34,297 nucleotides of DNA, taken from positions 1 through 34,297 of IMG/VR virus record IMGVR_UViG_3300010043_000002; one strand, 5' to 3'. This document shows positions 1-8,120 of this stretch, piece after piece. The stretch's first letter is position 1. The number at the start of each line of letters is the position of its first letter. A model generated the notes under the pieces. The model saw only the letters and a program-made list of their open reading frames with translations, ran no database searches and was not told the DNA's origin. This DNA is from a virus. Lineage: Duplodnaviria > Caudoviricetes. Position numbers and translations under genes: made by a program.

Positions 1-123
1 TCGGCCCGGCGACGAATAAACGGTTTCGACAATAATGATTTACTTCTTTCAGTTCTGAACGGAAAACACTCTCTTAAGGCCAGATATATGTCATGTATAT
101 CTGGCCTTTTTTTTGCCCTAAAA
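1..123. repeat. Terminal direct repeat (circular assembly overlap), copy 1
   Basis: Bases 1-123 are identical to 34175-34297; the repeat cuts through the 3' end of ORF 33823-34209, as expected for a circular contig. Confidence 0.95.
76..114 (+). terminator. Intrinsic terminator after the 31964-34209 operon (across the circle junction)
   Basis: AAGGCCAGATATAT-gtc-ATGTATATCTGGCCTT stem followed by a T-run. Confidence 0.85.
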
Positions 124-158
124 CTAATGATTTCCCTTGTAATTTAATGTTTTTTCTC

Positions 159-187
159 TTGTGCAAGCGTTACACTTGATATATATT
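159..187 (+). promoter_or_regulatory. Sigma70-like promoter for the early gene array
   Basis: TTGTGC-17 bp-TATATT, with an AT-rich UP-like tract upstream, just after a terminator. Confidence 0.5.
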
Positions 188-198
188 CCCTTCTGTCA

Positions 199-253
199 GG
201 GCGCAATGAGGCGCCAGGCAAGATTAGAAAAGAACACTAAACGGAGGACAGTC
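199..253 (+). repeat. Intergenic cassette element, copy A (degenerate hairpin)
   Basis: GGGCGCaatgagGCGCC ... GAACACTAAACGGAGG directly before ATG 254. Confidence 0.75.
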
Positions 254-1291
254 ATGCAAGCGATTACAGCAAGTGAAATCAAAGTCGGCGACATTATCCT
301 GAAAGAGTCATGGAGATCCCGCAATGCTGGCAAGGTCGTCATCAATATTGCATCAACAAAGACATTTGTCTTTTTGACGTTCGCAGATAAACAAACTTCA
401 AAGATGCGCGCCGATAAAATCATTGCGGTCGACCGTGTTGAAATTATCGAAAGCTATGCGAGCGCTGTACAGAAATGGCATGAAATAGTGGAACAAAACG
501 CCATCCTACATGAGCGCGATTTTTCAGGCAAATACGTCGACATACTGTGGATTCATGAGGCTTTCTTGCATGTGCCTCAAAACATTGTCGACACAATTTT
601 CTTTGATGAAGATACGACAAAAGCTTTCAGTGAATTCGCGCGCAGCATTGAGAAAAGAATCATGGAAATTCGCGCGCAGGCGCCGGCGCCGCTTACAGCA
701 TGTTCGGATTGCGGAAATGTAAGGTCGCAATCTGAATGCACAAAAGACGAATATTGCGAAAAGCATTTTCAAGAGTCATTTAAACAAGCGGCGCCGAGCG
801 CCAGCAACGCGCGCTTTGACCGTTTCGATATTTGCGAAGCGTATCTAGCCATTGAAATGGACTATAACGAAGGTGGCATGGTCAAAGGCAAGTCGTATAG
901 TAGCCAGCTACACCGCATGCAGTTTCGCGCGGGCGCCGCGTTCAAGGGATTTGATTCACTGACAGAAAATGGCAAAAAGATTTACATGGCTAAGGCGCAG
1001 TCTTTAGGCTTTATCAAAGCGGAGGATACTATGGACAGAGAACAAATCATGAATGAATACGATGTGGAGAGCGGCGTTATCAAGTCGCCTGGCAAATTCG
1101 AAGGCGAAGCGCTTTATGTGCCTTTTTTTTATAACGCCTATCTTGATGGCATGGCTGACGAATACGACAACGATGTTGTCATATTCAATATCTCGGATGA
1201 CGATTGCGTAAAATTTCCAGAATTGCGAGGCGTCAAAACTTTGCGCCTTAGCGAATCTGATAGCGGCTTTGTCTACGCCGAAACGGAATAG
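254..1291 (+). CDS. Hypothetical multi-module early protein (apparent fusion of several small phage proteins)
   Basis: ATG at 254 follows the GGAGG RBS of the cassette element; internal CxxC; internal in-frame GGAGG-N5-ATG at 1031. Confidence 0.75.
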   Translation: MQAITASEIKVGDIILKESWRSRNAGKVVINIASTKTFVFLTFADKQTSKMRADKIIAVDRVEIIESYASAVQKWHEIVEQNAILHERDFSGKYVDILWIHEAFLHVPQNIVDTIFFDEDTTKAFSEFARSIEKRIMEIRAQAPAPLTACSDCGNVRSQSECTKDEYCEKHFQESFKQAAPSASNARFDRFDICEAYLAIEMDYNEGGMVKGKSYSSQLHRMQFRAGAAFKGFDSLTENGKKIYMAKAQSLGFIKAEDTMDREQIMNEYDVESGVIKSPGKFEGEALYVPFFYNAYLDGMADEYDNDVVIFNISDDDCVKFPELRGVKTLRLSESDSGFVYAETE

Positions 1292-1357
1292 TCGAAATGC
1301 AAACGGGCGCCGCGCCAGGCGCCCACACTCAACACTTGAACACTAAACGGAGACATC
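1289..1357 (+). repeat. Intergenic cassette element, copy B
   Basis: TAGTCGAAA...GGGCGCC-gcgcca-GGCGCCC-ACACTCAACACTT-GAACACTAAACGGAG-ATG. Confidence 0.9.
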
Positions 1358-1630
1358 ATGACGATTTCAGAATTCAATCCTGATTGTATGGACATTGAAG
1401 AGCTTGATACGTTCGGCCGCAGATTCGCTACAGACGATTATCAGGCAAGGGCATTTTTCGAAGGCGCGCCCGATGGATATATGACGGCGTACGCTCATTT
1501 GATTATGTACGCCATTTTGAAATCGCGCGCGATGGAACTACGCGCGAATGGCGATATACAAGGCGCGCTTTGGTGTGAGGGAATTTGCGAGCGCATATAC
1601 AGCGCTTTGCCAGATTTCGCCCGATGGTAA
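1358..1630 (+). CDS. Hypothetical early protein (90 aa)
   Basis: ORF exactly fills the space between two cassette elements, with an RBS. Confidence 0.8.
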   Translation: MTISEFNPDCMDIEELDTFGRRFATDDYQARAFFEGAPDGYMTAYAHLIMYAILKSRAMELRANGDIQGALWCEGICERIYSALPDFARW

Positions 1631-1705
1631 ACAGAGCCGAATGCGGGCGCCCGCGCCAGGGCGCCCAAAACAAAGAACACAAGAACACTAAACGGAGAAA
1701 ATATC
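1631..1705 (+). repeat. Intergenic cassette element, copy C
   Basis: GGGCGCCC-gcgcca-GGGCGCCC ... GAACACAA-GAACACTAAACGGAG. Confidence 0.9.
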
Positions 1706-2107
1706 ATGTCGAAAATTCCAAACTGTTTTGAATGTGGCGAAGCTTGCGAGCAAACAGGGCGCAACACTTGGTATTGTCCCTCTTGTGACGTCTGTCCAGA
1801 ATGCTTTTGCCCGCAAGTAGACAATGGCGGACATTACCCGGAATGCTCTGAACTGGCGCCGCCAATTCAATACGCCAATATCGTATTCGCGCAAGGTGAT
1901 GACGCGACAGAGCCGTTAGAGATACTGGACAGAGACGGAGAGCAAGCGGCGATTGAATACCTGGCGCAGTGGGACTATGGCGAATATCACGAAGTAAGAG
2001 AGGCGCCGGCGGCCGGCGCCAGTGATTACACTTTTAAATCGGGCGCCTATGTACTCTCTTACAATTTGCGCATGGGCTATATCGGACTAGAAAGAATTAT
2101 TGACTAA
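1706..2107 (+). CDS. Hypothetical early protein with N-terminal Cys-rich zinc-binding region
   Basis: CFEC, CPSC, CPEC motifs; RBS supplied by the cassette element. Confidence 0.8.
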   Translation: MSKIPNCFECGEACEQTGRNTWYCPSCDVCPECFCPQVDNGGHYPECSELAPPIQYANIVFAQGDDATEPLEILDRDGEQAAIEYLAQWDYGEYHEVREAPAAGASDYTFKSGAYVLSYNLRMGYIGLERIID

Positions 2108-2170
2108 ACGCAAACGGGCGCCGGCCGGCGCCCACCTTTCAACACTGAACACTGAACGGAGAAAAAAACC
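2108..2170 (+). repeat. Intergenic cassette element, copy D
   Basis: GGGCGCC-ggcc-GGCGCCC ... TCAACACT-GAACACTGAACGGAG. Confidence 0.9.
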
Positions 2171-2635
2171 ATGTCAGCATTTCTGCAAAGCCACAAAGCA
2201 TATGACTCAATCGCCTGTACTCTCATACGCTGGACGAATTCGCATGACTGGCGCGTTAAGCGCCTGGCGCAAGAGGTCATGGGCGTTATCAATCAAACAC
2301 GGACGGCGCCCGATGATATCCACGTTTATGAAATACCGGAATGGATTATCAAAAAATGGAGTGAGGATTTACAGCGCGCGAATGTGGCGTCAGTAAATTA
2401 CCGATATCGCGAGAGCAATACAAGCGATTATAAATGCAATCCGCTGATAGGGCGCCAATTGTCAGCCGTTGAATTGATCAAACTTCTGTACTCTGTCGAT
2501 TATCAATCTTGCGAGCCTGAGAACTGGCAGGACTCGCCAATCGCTAAAGAGCTGCGCGCCGTGACGCTGGCGCTCGCTGAGCATATAGTCCGTGAATCGT
2601 CGGCGTTTGAGAAAGCCGACACATGGAGCATGTGA
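2171..2635 (+). CDS. Hypothetical early protein (YQSCE motif)
   Basis: 154-aa ORF between cassette elements; N..SVNYRY and YQSCE motifs resemble phage/plasmid hypotheticals. Confidence 0.8.
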   Translation: MSAFLQSHKAYDSIACTLIRWTNSHDWRVKRLAQEVMGVINQTRTAPDDIHVYEIPEWIIKKWSEDLQRANVASVNYRYRESNTSDYKCNPLIGRQLSAVELIKLLYSVDYQSCEPENWQDSPIAKELRAVTLALAEHIVRESSAFEKADTWSM

Positions 2636-2702
2636 CACTCGAAAGGCGGCGCCGCGTCAGGCGCCGCCACACTCAACACTGAACACTAAACGGAGGACAG
2701 AC
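2636..2702 (+). repeat. Intergenic cassette element, copy E
   Basis: GGCGGCGCC-gcgtca-GGCGCCGCC (stem extended symmetrically) ACACTCAACACT-GAACACTAAACGGAGG. Confidence 0.9.
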
Positions 2703-2942
2703 ATGAACGAATTGCAGCGCGATGATAATGGAAAATTGATCTCTTTCGCCTGGCCTGGCGGATACCCGGTTTTCTATCTGGACAAGGAAAACAGCGTCTT
2801 ATGTCCAGATTGCGCCAATAGAGACGTCGATCAATCGCAAGAGGTGATTGCGGCCGATGTAAATTGGGAAGATAGCGCGCTCTATTGCGACGATTGCAGT
2901 AAGCGTATTGAGAGCGCTTACAACGAGCCGGAGGACAAATAG
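2703..2942 (+). CDS. Hypothetical zinc-binding early protein (AWPGGYP family-like)
   Basis: ATG 2703 after GGAGG; AWPGGYP, CPDC and CDDC motifs. Confidence 0.8.
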   Translation: MNELQRDDNGKLISFAWPGGYPVFYLDKENSVLCPDCANRDVDQSQEVIAADVNWEDSALYCDDCSKRIESAYNEPEDK

Positions 2943-3013
2943 TCGAAACGATAGCGGGCGCCGATCGGCCGGCGCCCATTCACTCAACACTTGAACACTA
3001 AACGGAGAACATC
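2940..3013 (+). repeat. Intergenic cassette element, copy F
   Basis: TAGTCGAAACG...GGGCGCCG-atcggc-CGGCGCCC...CACTCAACACTT-GAACACTAAACGGAG. Confidence 0.9.
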
Positions 3014-3364
3014 ATGGAAAATGAAAAGCTTTCGAAATCAGACTATCAAGCGGCGATCTATTCGCAATCAGCGGTAAACGCCAGCGGGTTAATCAAGTCG
3101 CTCGCCGAGATCACCACGCGCATATGGAACACGGCGCGCGAAATCGGCAAAGGTACGGCATGGGTGAATCAACATCCGATCATTCAATTATTCACCTATC
3201 AGATTGTCGCGCTGTCTTTCAAACGTGAATTCATTGATTGGGATGGATACACAAAAGCCTATGCCTTTGTTCAGCAAGTCGTAAACGGCAACCTGGCGCC
3301 TGATGACGACTGGGCAAACTGCAACGCGAGTATAGGCGCGGAGGAAAGCCATGAACTGTCATAA
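3014..3364 (+). CDS. Hypothetical early protein (116 aa)
   Basis: ORF with cassette RBS. Confidence 0.75.
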   Translation: MENEKLSKSDYQAAIYSQSAVNASGLIKSLAEITTRIWNTAREIGKGTAWVNQHPIIQLFTYQIVALSFKREFIDWDGYTKAYAFVQQVVNGNLAPDDDWANCNASIGAEESHELS

Positions 3365-3521
3365 ATGCGGCGCAGAGGCTTATCAATCATCGCGCTACTG
3401 TAACCGATGCGGCGCCCGGCTCAAGCGCAAAAGCGAACTGGCCTGGCGCGTCAAGATGGTCATATTCGTGACTCTGATCATAGCGCTACTGCTCGCGCTC
3501 GCGTCGGCGTCGCATAGATAG
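3351..3521 (+). CDS. Small zinc-ribbon membrane protein (56 aa; not in the ORF track)
   Basis: GGAGG RBS; MNCHKCG...YCNRCG followed by hydrophobic MVIFVTLIIALLLALASA. Confidence 0.7.
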   Translation: MNCHKCGAEAYQSSRYCNRCGARLKRKSELAWRVKMVIFVTLIIALLLALASASHR

Positions 3522-3572
3522 TCAATAAGGCGTCCGGCCGCAGGGCGCCCACATTTCAACGGAGGAAAGAAC
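3522..3572 (+). repeat. Intergenic cassette element, copy G (truncated)
   Basis: GGCGTCC-ggccgca-GGGCGCCC-ACATTTCAACGGAGG-ATG. Confidence 0.7.
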
Positions 3573-3746
3573 ATGAAAGAAAAGACTTGCCCTCATTGTC
3601 ATTTGAAGGCGCCGCGCGTCAATTGTGAAAACTGCGGGCGCGATATGTGCGAGGACTGTATGCGCGGGACAGTTTGCGGGTCGTGTGAGGATCGAGCGAC
3701 AGAAGGCGAGGAGGATAAAACACATGCCGAAACGAATATACATTGA
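3573..3746 (+). CDS. Small Cys-rich zinc-finger protein (57 aa; not in the ORF track)
   Basis: MKEKTCPHC...CENC...CEDC...CGSC (four CxxC); RBS. Confidence 0.7.
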   Translation: MKEKTCPHCHLKAPRVNCENCGRDMCEDCMRGTVCGSCEDRATEGEEDKTHAETNIH

Positions 3747-4056
3747 GCAGTTCAGCCATTGGTGGATGTTTACGGCTGATCAGTTCAAACACTTTCTTGA
3801 GATCGGAGACAAGCAAGAGTGGTTCCTAAACGATCTTGGCAAGAAATTATCGCGCCGGCCAAAGTCTATCGGCGCCGAACCGTGGAACGATGGCGAGCGC
3901 TACTATGATGGCTATTATTCGCGAACAGACGCCGCGATATTTTTCACCATGCCATGCGACTGGAACGCCGACGAATGGCAACTAGCGCGACAACGGTTTG
4001 CCGAATTTCAAAAGGGAGGATCGAGTCATGCCAGTTCGCACGGCAATCACATTTGA
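3724..4056 (+). CDS. Hypothetical protein (Trp-rich)
   Basis: GAGGA RBS before ATG 3724; overlaps neighbouring genes. Confidence 0.7.
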   Translation: MPKRIYIEQFSHWWMFTADQFKHFLEIGDKQEWFLNDLGKKLSRRPKSIGAEPWNDGERYYDGYYSRTDAAIFFTMPCDWNADEWQLARQRFAEFQKGGSSHASSHGNHI

Positions 4057-4213
4057 GTCAACCGCAGAGAAAGAGAGATTTGAGAAGCTGGCCGCAAGGG
4101 CCAAGCTTTCACTGAGCAACTACATTCGTCGTTGTCTCGGCCTTCAGCCGCTCACGCATGGCGGGCCGCGTCCGAATGGAAATAAAAAGAGAGATCAGAA
4201 AAAACCGGAGTAA
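4028..4213 (+). CDS. Small ribbon-helix-helix-like DNA-binding protein
   Basis: GGGAGG RBS; 'EKERFEKLAARAKLSLSNYIRR' resembles RHH/MobC-type helices. Confidence 0.6.
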   Translation: MPVRTAITFESTAEKERFEKLAARAKLSLSNYIRRCLGLQPLTHGGPRPNGNKKRDQKKPE

Positions 4214-4218
4214 AACTT

Positions 4219-4632
4219 ATGAGCGATGATGATTTGACTTTCTATCACCTATCGCCGGATGACAAAGAAACCGTCGATCAATTATTGAAAATTCTATCCG
4301 ATCTAAATATTTTGAGCGGCAGAAAGCTATCAGGCGAGGCGCAAGCGATGGCCGACATTGCCGCGCAGGCGATCTCAAAGCTCGTTGTCTATATCGCCCG
4401 CAAATCAGACAAACCGAAAGAGGAAACAATAGATCTGATCAAGGGCGGCTTGTTCGATTGTTCAGACCGCCCGGCTGAGATGCGCGGCATGATGCAAGTT
4501 TGGAGCGCCGAGTATGGCGATGAGATCGTCCGGGCCGCCGCCGAAAGACTCGGCAAGGTTGAAGACTTCGAACGCGCCATGCGGGAGATGAAATCATGGA
4601 ACTGGAAAAAAAAGGGGGAAAGCCATGAATAA
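4219..4632 (+). CDS. Hypothetical protein
   Basis: 137-aa ORF with GGAG RBS, last large gene of the early operon. Confidence 0.7.
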   Translation: MSDDDLTFYHLSPDDKETVDQLLKILSDLNILSGRKLSGEAQAMADIAAQAISKLVVYIARKSDKPKEETIDLIKGGLFDCSDRPAEMRGMMQVWSAEYGDEIVRAAAERLGKVEDFERAMREMKSWNWKKKGESHE

Positions 4633-4719
4633 ACAAATGCAGCCTGAGACCGATCTCTTAAACGCCCTTTGCCGCTCATTACAAGCCCGCCATTGAATTT
4701 TTAGATCGTAGTGAAAGAC

Positions 4720-4762
4720 AAAGCCGCTGTCGCTCGTTGAAGGGCGCCAGCGGCTTTATTTT
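4720..4762. terminator. Hairpin/terminator between the convergent early operon and the integrase
   Basis: AAAGCCGCTG...CAGCGGCTTT followed by ATTTT. Confidence 0.6.
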
Positions 4763-4764
4763 GG

Positions 4765-5010
4765 GAAAGTGGGGACAAAAAAGGGACATATTTGAAATTT
4801 CGAAAGGCTGTAAACATTGTGGATATTATGTTTATAGCATTCTAGCGATATCGCAGGATTGGATTAATACCCACTTTTTGCCCTTTCGGCTAAGTCGTTC
4901 AAAGAACAGCTAACTACAATGGTTGCTATAGCTAAGCGGCTATCTCGCTTATCAGAGGATTACAGCCCTTATCAGCCGTTTCAGACAATCGGGGGCCAAA
5001 CAGGGACATC
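4765..5010. other. Candidate attP region
   Basis: AT-rich non-coding stretch at the integrase 3' end, flanked by related GGGACA-containing repeats (GGGGACAAAAAAGGGACA ~4772; GGGGGCCAAACAGGGACA ~4991) that resemble arm-type sites. Confidence 0.45.
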
Positions 5011-6089
5011 AAGCCTAGGATCTCTTTGTAATACTCTTCAAGGCTTTCTATAGCCTCGCGACACCTCCCATCTAGAGCGATGATGTATTTGCTCGTTTGA
5101 TCTTTTTTCCTGTGTCCCATGATCTTCTCGATTGAACTACGCCGGGCGCCGCTGTCTTCCATAATGGTTGCGGCCAGGTGTCGGATGTCATAGGGCACCC
5201 ATCCGCCAGGAACTCTATCGCCGTAGACTACGCCGGACAGCTCCCCGATAGATTCGGACGTCCGCTTAACTTTGTCCTTGCCTATCGTGAAATATCGGCC
5301 GGTTGAATTTTCCCGCTCCCGTAGTATCGCGATCGCCGTAGCTGATAGCGGTATCTCGCGCTCGCTTCCACCGCCCTTTTCCGATCGGATGACAACGCTC
5401 GAACGTTCAAGCCTTACTTGCTGGCTTGTCAGTTCAAGTATCTCGCCTCTGCGGGCGGACGTGAGGAGCATGAGCCTAAAGAGATCAAACAGCTCGCGAC
5501 GGTTGTTTAGACACTGTTGCCATTCGCCGGGCAAGCGCTCAATCAAGCAGGCCGAGAGTATTTTTGCGAAATCGTTTTTAGATATGAGATGAGATCGGCC
5601 GCGCGTGTCTGTCTCCCATTTCGCTTTTGGCGGCCGCCAGTCGTCAAGCTCTCTGAAATATTCGGGCGCCTTAGATAGCACGCCGAAAATGTAAGTCATA
5701 TAGCGGTTCATAGTCATAGGCTTTAGTTTTCTTTCGACAAGCGTAATCTTGAAGAGCTTCCAGTCGGCCCGCCCAAGTTGCCTAAGCATCGTATATTCGC
5801 CGCCTGTCGAATCTACGAATTGATCAAACATCTGAAGCGCCCGTTTCGAGACGTCGGGATCATTGACAACTTTCTTTCGCAGATCGCCGAGCGTGATCAT
5901 AGGCGCCGGTTTCATCAGCCCTAAACGCTCGGCCGCCGCGTTTGTCCTTAACTGCGCATAGGCGTCTTCCGCCTCTTGCCTTGTTTTGAATATAGCGGCC
6001 CGCGTGATGCGCTCTTTGCCGATCTTTCCAACGATGCGCCAGCGCCACTCATCCAAGTCTTTTCTGTATACAGATTCAAATTTCGCCAT
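4932..6089 (-). CDS. int: Tyrosine recombinase / phage integrase
   Basis: Catalytic motifs TSARRGEI (R), SEKGG (K), YDIRH (HxxR variant), MGH, TSKY; N-terminal arm-binding-like region. Confidence 0.9.
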   Translation of the reverse strand: MAKFESVYRKDLDEWRWRIVGKIGKERITRAAIFKTRQEAEDAYAQLRTNAAAERLGLMKPAPMITLGDLRKKVVNDPDVSKRALQMFDQFVDSTGGEYTMLRQLGRADWKLFKITLVERKLKPMTMNRYMTYIFGVLSKAPEYFRELDDWRPPKAKWETDTRGRSHLISKNDFAKILSACLIERLPGEWQQCLNNRRELFDLFRLMLLTSARRGEILELTSQQVRLERSSVVIRSEKGGGSEREIPLSATAIAILRERENSTGRYFTIGKDKVKRTSESIGELSGVVYGDRVPGGWVPYDIRHLAATIMEDSGARRSSIEKIMGHRKKDQTSKYIIALDGRCREAIESLEEYYKEILGLMSLFGPRLSETADKGCNPLISEIAA

Positions 6090-6128
6090 GTGAGATCTCC
6101 ATTCTGTTTTGATTTGGTTTGGTGTTGA

Positions 6129-7040
6129 CTATTCGCTCTGCTCTTTCGATTCGGCCTTGTCGGCCTTCTCGCCTGGCAGCGGAAAAAGCTCTTTATTCGT
6201 CGGCCGCAGATTGCCGACCGCCGCTTCGCCGTTGAGATAGGCGTGGAGCGCCCTTTCGGTTTTTAGGTAGATTTCCCGTCTGATCGGCTCGGCCGAGACT
6301 GTTTTTAAGTACAAGAGATAGTTGCGCAACATGATCAGCCATTTCTCCTCCTCGCCGCCGACGCCGGTAAGCATGACCTCTGCCGCATGCGTCAATTTCC
6401 TTTTGTAACGCCCTGTGCAATAGGCCCTGACGAAAACGGCCAGCAAAGGCGATAGGCGCATGCGCGGTAGCGGTTTGCCGACCGCGAATAATGAAACGAC
6501 AAAGGTGATCGCCTCTTTGTACTGCAAATAGAAATCAATTTTTTCCGACCGCGAAACCTCTCTCATCTCATGGACGCCATCTTTCACTTTGTAGCCGAGC
6601 CATTTGATGACGCCCACCTCTAACAGATTGGATTGCATGCCCTTGTAATGCAGAATATCCACGATGCCCCGGTTAAAGCCGTTGTCTATGCCGTCGTTGG
6701 ATTCGGGCGGGAGATTGCGGACTACCAGAATTATCACGGCGACGCCGCTCTGAATGATCGCGTACAGACGGTGCTGGCCGTCTATCAAATTGCCATGACT
6801 GTCAAAGGCAATGCCCTGATGCGTCGTGCGCCATTTCCCTTTGGTCATGTCCTTGGCGTATCGCTTGACGCGCGACTCTCTGAGCGGGCGGTTGCATTTG
6901 TTGTGTTCGAGATATAGCGGCGCCAGCTCTGGTGTGATCCTTTCGAAGCCGGCTGAGAGCGACGGCCGGCCTGGCCTGTCTGCTGTTATCGAGCGTTTGA
7001 CCAGTCGCGCGCGTGGCGTGAGATGTTTCGAATTTTGCAT
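6129..7040 (-). CDS. ParB/Srx-like (DGQHR motif) phage protein
   Basis: NRPL..RV.RYA.DM..G.W...HQGIAFD..GNLIDGQHRL.AII. Confidence 0.75.
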   Translation of the reverse strand: MQNSKHLTPRARLVKRSITADRPGRPSLSAGFERITPELAPLYLEHNKCNRPLRESRVKRYAKDMTKGKWRTTHQGIAFDSHGNLIDGQHRLYAIIQSGVAVIILVVRNLPPESNDGIDNGFNRGIVDILHYKGMQSNLLEVGVIKWLGYKVKDGVHEMREVSRSEKIDFYLQYKEAITFVVSLFAVGKPLPRMRLSPLLAVFVRAYCTGRYKRKLTHAAEVMLTGVGGEEEKWLIMLRNYLLYLKTVSAEPIRREIYLKTERALHAYLNGEAAVGNLRPTNKELFPLPGEKADKAESKEQSE

Positions 7041-7279
7041 GTTTACTCCTTTGTTGGATTGTGCGGTTGGTATTATGTTTATCGCGAAAGAGAAAAGGCC
7101 GGCAGGGGCGGCCCTTCCCGATCATCGGTCATGTCTTATGGTTAATCCTCCTGAAAATAAATCCATCGTGCGTCTGTAATTCCGCGTCGTGATGGCGTTA
7201 AAGAGCTGAAGAGACAAAAAAACTTCCCACACCCATATTGCGGATAGTGAAAATTTTTATTTAAGTGGCAATCAAGGTT

Positions 7280-7576
7280 TCAACTCGCCTTTGTGTCCAC
7301 ATATTGAACAAAGCCACTTGAGCCTGAGCCGCTATTGTTTATTGATGCTTTTTTACGCGTCTTCAGGTTGTAGTGATTGATCAATATCCATTCGATATGT
7401 CGGGAGAGTGTGCGGAATTGATTTTCCGCATCTTCTTCCAATAGGCGCCAAACTTCAGCGGGGAGAACGATCGATTTTCTTTCTGGCGCATTTACTTGGT
7501 TTAAATGCTCTTTAGCCATTTCGGCGAGGTGTTGTGTTTCTTCAATCAGTTTGTTGGCTGCTTTTTTTCTACCCAT
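7280..7576 (-). CDS. Arc/Mnt-like RHH repressor candidate
   Basis: 'KSIVLPAEVWRLLEEDAENQFRTLSRHIEWIL' matches the RHH pattern; start uncertain (7576 or 7636). Confidence 0.6.
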   Translation of the reverse strand: MGRKKAANKLIEETQHLAEMAKEHLNQVNAPERKSIVLPAEVWRLLEEDAENQFRTLSRHIEWILINHYNLKTRKKASINNSGSGSSGFVQYVDTKAS

Positions 7577-7719
7577 GTCATTCCTTTTTTGGCGGAACGG
7601 CAGGACGTTGTCTAGATCCATCCATCGTCGAATCATTTGTACCTCCTTGTGATTTGTAGGATGTCCCTTACTGAATTCTCACGCCATGCCGTCGCGAAAT
7701 TACTTTATTCACCAGATTA

Positions 7720-7875
7720 CACCACATTGATACCACAGTAGTGGAAGCTGGCGCAATAGCGCGCGGAAGATAAAGGCAAGGAATATCTGGCTTTACCGTA
7801 AGGGTGATGCGCAATTTTGCGCATATAGTGGAAAGTAGTTGCAAAGCATATCACTTTGGTGCATATATGCGCCCA
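7720..7875. promoter_or_regulatory. Divergent promoter/operator region (genetic switch)
   Basis: Lies between divergent RHH genes; palindromes ATGCGCAA-tt-TTGCGCAT (7807-7824) and CCAC-agta-GTGG; TTGCAA...ATATAT promoter-like. Confidence 0.5.
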
Positions 7876-7877
7876 TC

Positions 7878-8087
7878 ATGGAATATGTTGATTTTTCTAC
7901 ACGCCTACTCCGGGTTGCCCTCGACGCCTTAGACGCTGAGGCGGCCCAAAATTTCAGGAGCAGAAACCAGATGCTCCAAATAATCGTGGCTGAGCGCTAT
8001 CAGATCTCGCTCGCGAAACCGCCCGCTCGATCGCGAGCGGCGCCTAAAGCCAAACGCAAAGCGAAACCGAAAGCCGCCCTGAACTAA
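7878..8087 (+). CDS. Arc-like RHH protein (Cro-equivalent candidate)
   Basis: 'FSTRL...LDALDAEAAQNFRSRNQMLQIIV' resembles the Arc 'A...RS.N' helix pattern; basic tail. Confidence 0.65.
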   Translation: MEYVDFSTRLLRVALDALDAEAAQNFRSRNQMLQIIVAERYQISLAKPPARSRAAPKAKRKAKPKAALN

Positions 8088-8120
8088 ACAAACCATACCG
8101 ACACCCCGGAAAGAACACCT

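Noticed and set aside
1-123. Biological terminal repeat / LTR
   Set aside because: Exact 123-bp overlap cutting through a gene end; most simply an assembly overlap of a circular molecule
161-253. GTG start at 161 for the first ORF
   Set aside because: Overlaps the predicted promoter and cassette leader; ATG 254 has the conserved RBS
1289-3013. Hammerhead ribozymes at the GTCGAAA motifs
   Set aside because: No correctly placed CTGANGA core upstream of the GAAA in these copies
199-3575. CRISPR array or integron attC array
   Set aside because: Repeats are degenerate and separated by whole genes of 240-1000 bp, with no cas genes; no RYYYAAC...GTTRRRY attC ends are evident and the integrase looks like an ordinary phage integrase
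4640-4930. tRNA gene or tRNA fragment at the att site
   Set aside because: No cloverleaf or T-loop/CCA signature recognisable by eye
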